DNA of 64,000 nt from Cetorhinus maximus (Eukaryota), in NCBI RefSeq assembly GCF_964194155.1, contig NC_135885.1, positions 134,044,001 to 134,108,000 of the forward strand, read 5' to 3'. Below the pieces are notes generated by a model. That model did no database searches. It was not told the DNA's origin and saw only the letters and a list, made by a program, of their open reading frames with translations. Below, one piece after another: positions 25,012 through 37,045 of this stretch (positions are counted from its first letter, which is position 1; each line of letters opens with the position of its first letter). The position numbers and the translations under genes are program-made.

Positions 25012-26640
25012 TGTAGAGTAAAGAGTTAACCCTAACACTGCTCTAACAATAGCTACTGAACATGTTCGTAAGGAGCTATGTCATACTGATGTCACTCAGA
25101 GAGTAACGAGTGAGAGGAACTTAAGAGAGGAGCAATAGCTGTCTTGACATTCTGTAATTTTTTATATAGTTAGTTAGGCAAATAAAAGTACCTTTAAGGA
25201 AAGATCTTTATCTCCAGCCAGATATCTTACTAGAGTAAGGTACCCAATGTCTTCTGAGATAAGCCAACAATAACAGATGGTGGCAGCAGTGACTACACCC
25301 ACGGAGAAACAGTTAAAAAAATACAGGGGGAAGGACACAGCCTGAAGAGAAGCCCAGCAGCAGAAGACAGCAGTGGGCAAAGGACCTTGAGGCCAATCTG
25401 TTAGTGAGACCAGAGGGGAAAACCGTAAGTATAGCCCTGCGACTAGCAAGGAAACCAGCACAGGAAACGGGACTTCCACCCTATCTCTCCCAGAATCATT
25501 CCAGAACATAGAGGGCCCCAGCCTGTCTGAGTAATGGCAAAGCTGAAGAAAGCACTTCACTCAATCTCACAATGCTTCAGGTCTTGCAAGCAAGAATAAC
25601 AAAGACCAGGTTAGCACTTTGTTATACTCTGTTTGTGGCATTGCAGATGATGTGCTGGCCAGACAGGGGGTGAATGAAGAGACAGCCTCCTATGAGGATG
25701 TCACTGGACACTTAATTTAATCTCCGTCAAAACATTGTAATAACGAGGGGAAAATGTAATCGACAAAGCCAAAGACCAGGTGAAGGAATCGATTCATTCA
25801 TAAATAATTTCTACTGTTTAGCTGACAATTGTGAGAATGGAACATTAAAAGATGACTTGATAAGAGCTAGAGCAGTGGTCAGTGTTTTAGAAGAAACCCT
25901 GACAGACTTTCTACAATCTCGGGAAGATTTGACACTAAGTGAAGCTCTACAACTGGCTAGGCAGGTCGAAAAGCAAAGGCAAAATCCAGTCTTTGTAAGG
26001 GGTGAGAGAGAAATCCTGCAGGAACAGCCCAATGAAGCTATTCAGTGTAAAACTGAAAGTTCATTGCGGCAGCAACCAGGGAAGTGGGCTGTAAGAGCAC
26101 ACCTTCACAGCACCTTCCAAACCCACAACCTCTAGGCCATAGAAGGGCAAGGGCAGCAGATGCATCGGAACACCAGCACCCAAGAGATCCCCTCCAAGCC
26201 ACACTCCATCCTGACTTGGAAATATATTGGCGTTCCTTCACTGTCACTGAGTCAAAACCCTGGAGCTCCCTCTGTAACAGCACTGTCGATGTACCTACAC
26301 CACATGGACTGCAGCGGTTCAAGAAGACCGCTCACCACCACCTTCTCAAGGGCAGCCAGGGATGAGCAATAAATGCTGCTCTTGCCTGCAAGGCTCACAT
26401 CCCATGAAAGAATAAAAATAATACCATGTTTTGAAGGTTGGATGTTTATTACATCAGGATTTCTTCTAAGACTGGTCATTCACAGTGCATGCCAGGAGTT
26501 GCTGGTTGCAAGTCCTACACTCCCACTCTGCCAAGAGTTATCAACCCACCAGGATGGCCTGAGTCCACGAGAATTAATGTTTAATCTCCAGAACACTGCT
26601 TTGAACAAGCCAGGAGAAAAATCATATGGGCAATAAAAAA
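25012..26640 (+). mobile_element. Decayed Gypsy element: 5' LTR 25012-25275, PBS 25278-25291, gag ~25480-26040, probable integrase remnant ~26540-26600
   Basis: TG...CA LTR; TGGTGGCAGCAGTG PBS (tRNA-Leu-like); gag RQSQRPGEGIDSFI..LADNCE..DDLIR..LTLSEALQLARQVE; GLSPRELMF. Confidence 0.85.
26095..26420 (+). mobile_element. LINE-B 3' end inserted in the Gypsy element
   Basis: Matches 56690-57004, ending GAATAAAAA. Confidence 0.88.
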
Positions 26641-27049
26641 ACTATGTTTTAAAATAAATGTACATTGGATACTTTTGTTTAGTAGATGTACAAAAACAAT
26701 ACTGGGCATGGCGATAAGAGTCTTTGACTGACCGTCAAGAATCATTCAATTGGTTAATGAAGACTCTATTTACTTTCCAGTAACCGTGGGAAGACCATGA
26801 GAATGAATATGTGGGGGGGACCAGTGGCAGGAGTGAGGGGGAGGGGAGGCTGGAGATAGGAAGTCATTGATGAATCCAAGAAAATGTCCCCACCAGTGTT
26901 GACAACCCCAACACTCCCATATCCCAGATTAAAGAGTACTGACAGCACTGAAGTAGCAAGCCAAGGCTATTTATGCTTTTCTGTACAAAAACAACACAAT
27001 GAAAAGTATTGGCTTTTGAATTCTGCAAATGATGCTTATAATTTAAAGC

Positions 27050-27688
27050 TTGTGGCAGTGGGCTCATCCACCGACTAGAGAGCTGGTTGTAAACCCACCC
27101 TGGCCATTTCTGGGAGCTCCATTGGGATTAGGTCCCAATTGGGCAGCCCGCTGGCTGCCATCAGGGTTCTTGGCTCCACCAGGGGAAATTTCCTGCCACA
27201 TTTTCTGGCATGGGCCAGAGATCCTGCCTCCAAGAGCGGCTGGCCAATCGGAAGCCGGCAGTTTTTCAGTACTGGCAGCGCCACCGAGAGCGGTGGCCAA
27301 AGTTAGTACTGCAGGAGGCTTGAGGATGAAGTTCATTGCTGGAGTCCCGGGGCCAAGAAGAGTGGGGTGGGATCACTAGGGCCAGTCAGGGGGGAGGCAA
27401 TGGAGGTCATTGTGAAAGGCGGGGGGTGGGGGGTGCGGGGGGTGGTATCTTCCCTTGGATTTATTCCATGCTACTGGCAGGTAGCCCACTGGGTGTCCCA
27501 GAAGGAGGGAACGCTAACCCACCCCCCAACGCCCCCCCACCAGGCCACAGGCATGGTTTGCCCACATGGCATTTCCCTCTGCCTGCCACTGGTTGATTAC
27601 CAGCAGGAGTGGCATGAAGCCCTCAAGAGGCTCATTATACTGCCACACCCACCTCCCAGCCTGCTCCTGGGAGTGTTAAATTCCACCC
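27050..27688. mobile_element. GC-rich Harbinger-type MITE remnant
   Basis: Right TIR-like AAATTCCACCC and similarity to 4750-5429; left end not identified. Confidence 0.5.
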
Positions 27689-28239
27689 AATGTGTCTACT
27701 GCAAATAGTTTCTGTGTATTAACACAGCCATATGTTTACTTAATCTTTCAGAACAACTCCTTGCGCTTTTCCAATAATTATCCTCACTTGCTTTCAGAAA
27801 TATGGCTCTGCTTTAGTTTTTACTCTGTATAGGCCTAGGATTTAGGTATCTGGGGCCCCTGGTCCCTTGCATTCTTTCTAAGCCTGATAAGCAATTGAAA
27901 GCATCCCCACAGCATATTACTGGATAGTGCAATTATGCAACGATTTGGTCCCAAGTTGCTCTCCTCCACGACAGTGCACAGATTGATGTATGCATCAAGT
28001 CTAGCATATGGGAGATATAAATCTACTTATTTAACTGTCTACAGTGGGTAAGAAAAACACCATTTGCCTCTCAGGAATTAGTCATAAAACACTCACTCCA
28101 TTATTTCTAAGGAACTTTCACAAAATCCTTTCCAAATCTTTTAGTCAGAAATGTAATGTGTATGCTATTCCCATCAGCACTGTACACATATTGCATGGAA
28201 CGACTGTAAAGTAAGTAATGGACAAAAGGTATCTTCCAC

Positions 28240-28590
28240 ATGAGTGTGTGTCATCAGCAAGACGCACTGCAGCAATTCACTGAGGTTTCCTAGACAGCAC
28301 CTTCCAAACCCATGACTTTTACCACCTAGAAGGATAAGGGCAACAGGGAACACTACCACCTTCAATCCACATGCCTTCCTGACTTGGAACTATATCACTA
28401 TGTCTTCATATGACCTCACTGGGTCAAAATCCTGGAGCCCCCTCCCTCCCAGCACTGTGAGCATGCCTTTACATGGACTGCAGAGATTCAAGACGGTGAC
28501 TCACCACTGCCTTCTCAAGGGGCATCTAGGGGGGGACAATAAATGCTGGTCTTAACAGGGGCACCCAAATCCCTAAATGAATTTTTTTTA
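28240..28590 (+). mobile_element. LINE-B 3' end
   Basis: Matches other LINE-B 3' ends. Confidence 0.8.
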
Positions 28591-30288
28591 AAAATCATAA
28601 ATTACATGCAGAGGAGGAAACACATGCTTATTGTTGCAGATTTGCAAGACCCGTTTCTTCTATACTATAACATGGGTCCTAGTGCATCACTAAACACAGA
28701 CATTGGATATCATTTGTACTCTAGTGTGGAGCTTATGTATTGAGAATGCGTTGAGGAAACGCAGAGGTCAATATGGCCTAATCACGGATGAAAAGTCAAA
28801 TGTGGTGCAGTGTCCTTTATGCTCAAATTCCCAATATAAGATAGTGCAGGATAAATCTCTGCTGTGGAATTGAAAGCTTATCTACTGGGGTTCTATTTTC
28901 ATAACTGGCAAATGTTACACAGCAATTTAATCGGCTTTGCTGTACGAAGTACATTTAGTTAAGGTTATGTGTTTGACTGTAAATTATCCTCATACACTTT
29001 GATATGTGAATATATCCACTTATTAGGCAATTGCAAGATCACAGATGATACCCTAAAGAAAAAGGAAATTGAACTACTTGGGTCTCTTGTCAGTCAATGT
29101 GCAGTAACAACACCCAGAAACGTTGGACGGAATTTTCCGTGCCCGCTGGCGTCGGGTGTGTTCAGCAGCGTGAGTGGACAACTTGGCGAGAGGCCAAAAA
29201 TTGATTTCACGACGTTGTGAAACCAGTTTGCGTTCGCCTGCTCAGCCCGTTGATGATGGGCTGCGCTCCCCGCCATCAGACGTGGGGAACCTCATTGTAA
29301 TACATCTGCATATCATTATAAGGCCAGCCCACTGGAATCATCCACCCCCCCTCGCTGGATCGTCTGCCCACGTTGGCGGGAAAACACACCGACGTGTTTC
29401 ACAGCAGCACGTATAAGGCGTGCGCTTGGTGGGCTGCACTTTGAGGGGAACTCGGAGGTGAGTACACAGTAACATTGTACAGTACGCACTCGGGTCACCT
29501 GTTGGACTTCAAGCTTGAGGCGACTTGGGGTGGGGGGGCAATGGCTTCCCTGTGGTTGAGGCTTTTGGGGGGGGGGGGGGTGGGGGGGAGGGGGTGGCAA
29601 GGGCTGCCCTGTGTTGAGGCAACTTGTTGGGGGAGGGGCAAGGGCTGCCCTGCGGTTGAAGGTAGTGCACAAGCACGTGCAGGGTGGGGGGAGGGAAGTG
29701 GCCACGTATTAGGGGATCCTTGTATAAAGTGACCATTCCTCTGCAGCTGAGACAGTTCAGATACAGCCACATTGACATGCAAGGAGTCAGGCCTCTAGCT
29801 TATCTGCCCACTTGAGCAACACAGAGGCATGAAAGTGCCACCAAGTGCTCAAGAGCTGTTCACCCCTTGGGAACAGACTGCCAACTAATGAGCGTTTTAG
29901 TGGACTGCAGAACAGTTGGACCACTGGGAACGTTGTACAATCTCCTTGCTAAAGCCGGCCATGGAGCAGTCACTGGTGGAGGGGCTCACAGGCCCTTGTG
30001 ATGTCATCATCCCGGTTTGGACCAGTCTCCCCCATGGTTCAAGCTAACAGTGCAGCCTTGCTGTGCGGGTTAGGAGAATGTCTGCATGCAGTCCAATGGG
30101 CAAAGCTGCTACCAAGGGGGTGGGGTTCGGGCAGCCATGCAGCGCACTAATCTCTGGCCGTCCAAGTGGTGGCCAGCACTCTCCGGGATGCATTAAGGGG
30201 CCTTCAGACTTAACCAAGAGAGGTTCTTAGAACACCCAAGCTTACTCACGCATCACTCTCTCGCATCCTGCAGGAGTACATCAGGAGC

Positions 30289-31230
30289 ATGGAGCCTAGT
30301 GAACTAGCTATATGCCTTGCAGCTTACAGAGAGCAAAGATGACAGAGGAGAGAGTGACTGAGGCTCCTGGCTGCCCAGAGGCAGGAGCAGCACCCTCAGG
30401 AAGAAGGGGTGACTGGGGCCCCTGCACACGTCACTGAAGAGCCACAGTGAGCTATCACTGGTTGGCACCTAGGTAGACCCAGGGTCTATAGACGCTGCCT
30501 TTCATTCCTGCAGATGATCGAGAATCAGTGTTGCTGAAGACTGCACGTCTAGGAAACTGGTCGGACACATCTGCAGGATTTGGTGTGACAGGGACATGGA
30601 GGGTATCCACTGCCAGTGGCCATGAAAGTGACTGTGGCACTCAATTTCTACACCAGTGGCACCTTTCAGGGCTCCACTGTGGGATATCAAAAGTCTCCAT
30701 CCACAAATGCATCCATGAGATCACGGATGCCATCTTCACCAGGACACAAAACTCTGTGCATTTTGCCTGGGACCAGGAAAGCCAGGATGCAAAAGCACTG
30801 GGATTTGCCCAGATCTTGGGTCTCCCATAGGTGCAGGGTGTCATCGACTGCACTCACGTGGCCCTCAGATCTCCATCACAATAAGCCGTCAACTATGTCA
30901 ACTGCAAGATGCTGAAAATGAGGTTCCAGTGCCTGGACCGGTCTGGTGGAGCCCTGCAATATAGTCCACAGAGGGTGTCACGCATCATCCTCACCTCCTG
31001 CACCCTTCACAACCTGGCGCTGCAACGGGGAGAGGAGCTGGCTGAGGAGGAGATGGAGGAGCTGGAGGTCTCCTCCGATGAGGAAGATGTTGACAGGGAT
31101 GAGGATGAGGAGGTCATCGAAGGCAACAATGACGCCAATGAGGCCCTCGCAATGGTCAGATGAGGTAGCTGTGCTGGGGAAGCCCTCATAGCTGCTGGAT
31201 TTGTCGAGGATGATGATGAGATGCGGTGAG
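30289..31230 (+). pseudogene. Harbinger transposase pseudogene lacking most of the catalytic core
   Basis: KVTVALNFYTSGTFQGS, GVIDCTHV, then directly MLKMRFQCLDRSGGALQY..CTLHN and an acidic tail. Confidence 0.88.
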
Positions 31231-31959
31231 GACACTCCATAGATCCTCACATTGCATCTGTGAATGCTTGACTCCAATCTGGTTTATGGCAACGCACATA
31301 CCCTCTGTGATAATGCTCCTGTCATGGAGACACAGTGGAGGCCTTAATAGTCATTCAATTGCAGGAGGATGATGACGACATGCAGTGAGGACACTCCATA
31401 GATCTTCACATCACCTGTGAGAATGTCTGACTCCTGTCTGGCCGAGGGCAGCTCACTCGCGCTCTGTGATCAGGTTCATATCATAGAGACACAGCCATGA
31501 AACTTTAAAAGCACTTGATCCTTTATCCATCTTCAGCACCTGACCCCTTCAGAAACACAGCGTCACTGGTCACAGATGCTGAAGAGATGGGGGCCAGTCC
31601 CACCTTAAAGGTGTTGAGAGCACACAGAGAGGATGACGGAACTCTGTGATGCCTGTCCAAGACATTCTGGCAGCAATGACAAGCACCATCCAGGTGTAGG
31701 CATCAGTAATGTGTCCAGGGAGCATGAGGCCAGACCAACCCTTTGGTCTGAAGGCTGCACAAAGCACAGGGAATGAGACCCTGGACTGAGAGACCTGCCT
31801 TCATCTTGTGCAGAAAGGTTTCACATCTGAGTGACACGAACACTGCTCATCAGAACAAGGAGCCATAGGCAGTGAGACATTGTTGAGAGTTTATTTACAA
31901 TAGTGAACATTATGTACAAGTGGCTAACACCCATTCCCAGGCTGTGCAACTACATCTTC

Positions 31960-32823
31960 TTAACCTTTCTATCCCTGCCAGTACATGCTGGTGCTCCCCG
32001 GACATCCACAGCGGAGGTGGAGGCAGCCTGCTGACTGTGATGACCTTGGTGAGTGTCATATGGAGGGCCAAGGCCTGGGAGGGCCCCGGCCTGCTTTCGG
32101 GGTCCTGCTGTGTGGGAGTGGCACCCTCCTCAGCCTGTGGAGCTGGAGCTGCTGGGGCCACAGGAAAAGGGGATTCAGATGGCCGGACACTCCCGGAGTC
32201 ACCTGGGTGGATGGCCCCGGGATATGCACCTGCTGATCCTCCTCCCTATGAGTGCCCAACAGCCTCTGGCTGACTCCTTGAGGAAAAGGGGAAGCTGGAG
32301 TGAGGTCGAGCTGCCCTGCAGACCTCTTGTGCACACACTGTTGAAGGCCAACTATGGCATCAGCAATGGAGCTGAGCCCATACAGCAATGCAGGAGCGGT
32401 GTCCTAGACCAATGTCTCCAGGGTGGCCACCATCCTACCAATGTTGACCTCGGTGTGTTGACATGCCGGCGCTATCACCTCAGCCTGAAGTTGGATGGAC
32501 TTTTCCATCATGTCTTGCAATCTGAGGAGTGCAGTGGACATCCCTTCCTGATGTTCCCGAGTTGACCTTTGCAGCTCCAGCAACTGAGACATGACCGAGT
32601 CCAGAGGCTCATCATCTGACTCGGACTCAGCAAATTTCTGCCTGTTCTCTTTTGCAGAACATTGGCACTGACCACTAAGCTGGATTGGTGATGTTGCTGC
32701 CCATCCTACGGCCAGAACGGGGGTAGTGGACATTAGGGTGAGCCTTCACTGCATCCAAAAGGTGCTCAAGGGACGCGTCATTAAACCTGGAGGCTGTAGT
32801 CTTTTTTGCCTTTTGGGGCCATG
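31960..32823 (-). pseudogene. Harbinger Myb/SANT-like gene, internally deleted
   Basis: MAPKG..SRFNDASLEHLLDAV N-terminus joined to an ESDDEPLDS..LLELQ coiled-coil-like region; frameshifts. Confidence 0.75.
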
Positions 32824-35229
32824 TCTTCTGTGCAGCAGCCGTGGGCTGGAAGCACTGAGAGGTGTGCGCGCGGCTGGATTTTAAATATGGTGCCTGGCAT
32901 GATGGAGCAGGGAGGTGGTGGCGCGGCGGGCAAATGAGAGCCCACCCACCATGGAAGTGGCATGTTTCCCGGGAATGCATAATTCATGTTGCAGGATTGG
33001 AACCATACGATGCGCAAAGCCGCAATTGCGGCCAACGGGTAAAACGTTGTTTTTCCCGCCTGCTACCACACTTAGGGTGGAATCATCCTAGATTTGCACT
33101 ATGTCTGAAACCGGATAATGTAATGCCAAGTGGACTGGATTGTTACAGATGAAATGGCCAGGACTTTCTTAGTGTCTGGAACTGGCAGCAGTCCAGAGGG
33201 ATTCCCAAGAGGGAAGCTTGAGAGCAGGTTCTATGGCAGTACAATGCTGGAAACTTGACTAAAAGAGTAATTGCCCACAGTGAAGAAAACCACCAAGTGC
33301 AGGGAAAAAAAAACAAAGCATGGAACCAGCCAGGAGAGCTGTGGGAGAATATCAACTGTAAGAATTGCCCGAGGCTGAATTAAGTTGAGCCAGATCTTCA
33401 GTCCGGAATGACTGGAGAACAAGGGAGAAGTGATGGGAGACCGTCAACTCCTGACACTGATTAGAACCTTCTCTGTGTATGTTTTGATCTTATGCAACCT
33501 ATTGCATTACCAAAAATTTGAGATGTATTAACAGAAAAGTACACTGAAACTGACGCCATGCATTTTGTCATAGAGTAACTGCCAATAAAGTTATATGTAC
33601 TAAAGAAATCTTGTGTGTGCACACAATTCTGCATTTCTGTTGAAAAGACTTTTGGTTACTTTTTATGTCAATATTTAATATTGAAATTGCCTGTGTAATT
33701 AGTTAGAATGGAAATCTTGTATTGAAACTTTAAAGGTGTCAACTGGTACTGAATTAGTAGCACTCTCAACTCTGGACCAGAAAGTTGTGAGTTCAAGTCC
33801 CACTCCAAATACCTGTGCACAAAAATATATGCTGACACTCCAAGGCAATTACGAAGGCGTGCTGCATTGTCAAAGCCACCGGGCAAAATTTTCCAGCGAG
33901 CATTGGGATTCTGATGTCAGGCCCGTTTGGGGGTCCCGAGCCTGCACGTCTTGTCAGCGCACCCTCTGGTTTAACCCTCTGGGAGGCAGCCTCCTAACGT
34001 CCACCCCCGCACTCACCACCCTACTAAGGACAGTGGTCGGGCTCCCAAAGCTCCAGGCCCAATTGGAGGGATTGCCGTTACGTCAGGCCAGCAGCCCCAG
34101 CTGGAGGGGTAGGGTGCTACAAAAACCGGCTGATGTGAAATTTTTGGGACTGAAACAATTATATGTTCAAGTAGAGACATTTAGAATCAGAACTGCATGA
34201 GCTGTAACAAGAACCTTGGACCTTGAACATCAATGAAAGACATTTAAACCCACCACAGTGATGGCCTAAGTTATTCCTCATTCTGAAGGACTTACATCGG
34301 GATTCCTGTTGATCATACCCCAATTTTATATCCCCACTTGGGACTGACTCCCTCCTGCAGTGTGGCTCATGATGCGATACTGTGAAAGATACACGTTAGG
34401 CTCTTACTTAATTTTCCCTTGTACTAAAACAACTAATCTCATACAGAGAATAGTCATAGGCACCATCGCTGTTATGCATTTGGTGAACTACTACTGTAGT
34501 CATTCGGTCTTAGAATTAACTGGGATCTATATTTGTGGATTTCAGGAAATGATAATGGTCACAAATTGCTTTATTTATGCTTTATTAACAAGCCAGCTTT
34601 TAAGTGAACCCTTAAACAGATTATCAGACATATAAACTTTCCATGCTGACATGCAAACACAATTACATATCCTGTCCATTTCATATTACCAACAATTATG
34701 AATCAATTAATCACAGTAGAAAGCTATCTTTTCTGATTGCAAGTATCCTGGTTTGTTGATGAATTGATTAATTTACTGTCAATTAGTATTTTATTCCATA
34801 ATTTAGTGTTAATTAATTAGTAGCTTATTCACAGCTACCAGCAAAGCCCTGGAATTATTCACTTCCGACCACTGCAATTCAAGCTCTTGCCACCTTGCCA
34901 CAGGAGAAAATACGATTAATTAAGAGGAGGTATAAGGTGGACAATCAACTACTGATGAGCTATGGTATTACTGATACATAAAACCATCAAGACACAGAAG
35001 CTTGAGGTTAGGATCACCCATTTAACTCAAATAGCTTTACTACCAAGTGAACTTTTGACACCAGAGGAGTCAAGTGTCAAAAGTAAATGGATCACCAGAT
35101 GGCCAGGAGTTCACAGCTTCTCTTTACCTTAAATGTCTGACCTTTAGGAAAAATTTGATTAGTCATCAAAAGTGCCTTGTGACCCCATTCCTTATTGCAT
35201 GTTTCTTTACCTACAAGAGGGAGCTATGA

Positions 35230-36045
35230 GGGGATTCTTGTGCCAATGGCTGTCAAAGACCTATGTGGTCTCCTGTGCTCTCAGACCATTGAGACAGGTG
35301 ACCATGCTTTATCTGTGGTAGTGAATGCCACCACTGTTCATAACTTATTTGCCTTTGGGTCCTTCCAGGTAGCAGCAGGTGACATGTCTTACGTAAGTCA
35401 ATTTGCAGTCTACAAATGCATCAGGCAATTCACTGATGCCCCGTTTGCCAGCCAACAGCTACATCAATTTGCCAAAGGCTATGGAATTTGTTACAGTAAT
35501 TATTTTCCCATGTGGGTGCGGGATGCCATAAACCACACACTTTCAGCCCCGGGACACTCGACAATGAGCTAGTAACCTCTATCGACAGAAAGGATATCTA
35601 TCATTCAGTCACTATGTAAACTGCCAGTGATAATCAAGCATGTATGTGCCCAGTTTCCAGTAAGCTGTACAGATATCTACATCTGCTCCAGCCAACCATT
35701 CCCCACCCACCCACCCCCTCCCTGCGCCTCCAGCAAACAAATCTATCCAGCTCAGAACTTCAGGAAGGGACAAAAGCTCCCCACTTCCACTTGTGATTCA
35801 TGACCACTTCCTGTAAACTGAGAATTCACAAAATCATGGAATAATAAATTGTTTACAATTTGAAAGGTGGCCATTTGGCCTGTCATGTCCGTGCTGCCTC
35901 TCCACAAGAGCAGCTCACCTAGTTCCACTCCCCCGTCTTTCCACATACCCGCCACGGGATGAGATTCAATTGGTGAGCTATGACCACCAGGGTGTTCGTG
36001 GAGCACAGGAGAGAGCTCTTCCAGCAAGGCTGTCGGTGCCTAAAA
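35230..36045 (+). pseudogene. Highly decayed Harbinger transposase relic, interrupted by a CR1 tail (~35822-35950)
   Basis: HALSVVV..NLFAFGSFQVAAGDMSYVSQFAVYKCIRQFTDA, DAINHT and TRVFVEH..CRCL motifs. Confidence 0.7.
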
Positions 36046-37045
36046 ATGAATCTTAAATTGCATTTGTTCCTCCCACTCATCAAAGCCTTTGACCTGGGTG
36101 ATGACGATAATCCCTTCAGCTACTCTGCCAATAAGAGAAGTGCATTTTGGTGGAACTACACCTCTATTTCCCCCTGGAGATGAACTCTTTCTTCTGCAGG
36201 ACAATTTTCCCTTCCACACAGAGTATAACCAGAGGGTTGCCGAAATGACCAGAAGAGCAGCCAGCTCAGCACAAATCAGCAGCACTGGCAGGATTAAAAA
36301 TGGGCTTAGTAACTGGAGCCTCCAAGTGTGTATTTTTTTGAGACATAAATCAATTGTTTCAGCATCAAGAGATCTGTTCACTTCGCAGTGACCTTTCAAA
36401 TAGCAATAGGAAACAGATTTGAATAGCATTAGGAAGTAGATAAGAATAGTTAAACAACATTACATCATGAAGTTGTGAACCATAAACAAATCCTTTGGCA
36501 ATGGCTTAAGGAACACTCAAAACTGCAAGTGTAACAAACTGAGCAGTGCCCCAATAAGAAGAAAAAATCCTATATGCTTTGTAGAAGTTGATGATTTCTT
36601 GGACACATTTGCCTATTTGACTAATTTTGTAGCACTAGATGCACCCAGTAGATGTTGGTAAGAGGCAGCTATTAGAGCCATAAACTGCTACCACTTCTGG
36701 AACTGCTGCATATTAATTCAGCTTTGCCATTTGGACTCTTAATGTGTGTGCTATTTTTGAACACTTCATTACCAAGACAAGAGGCCTTTTTAACTAGAAC
36801 AGAATTTCTAAACCTAGGCCATTGTTGGGGTCCTCATGAGTAGAATTATCAAGCTGCCTCAAGATGAAGTTAAGTTAAACCTAAAAATTTATCAAATTAG
36901 CTTTTTGGCTTTACAGTTGAAATGTAGAAGCAGACTTTACAAGGAGCGTTATGATGACAAGTGCCGCCATGGATGGTTTTCTTTCTGTCAGCGACATCAC
37001 ACTTTAAAAGCGATTCTCCAGCACGGTAAGACTCCTCCAACAAAT

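Larger units (their letters stand above)
29125..33099. mobile_element. PIF/Harbinger element, second family, internally deleted (Harbinger-2)
   Basis: Left TIR GGACGGAATTTT; transposase on + and Myb/SANT on -, convergent; right TIR degenerate so the end is approximate. Confidence 0.85.

Noticed and set aside
29565-29600. Long G runs with G-quadruplex potential (also ~27420)
   Set aside because: Low-complexity tracts inside transposon sequence with no evidence of function.
36040-36429. 129-aa ORF with a hydrophobic segment
   Set aside because: No recognisable domain or splice context; length is compatible with chance.
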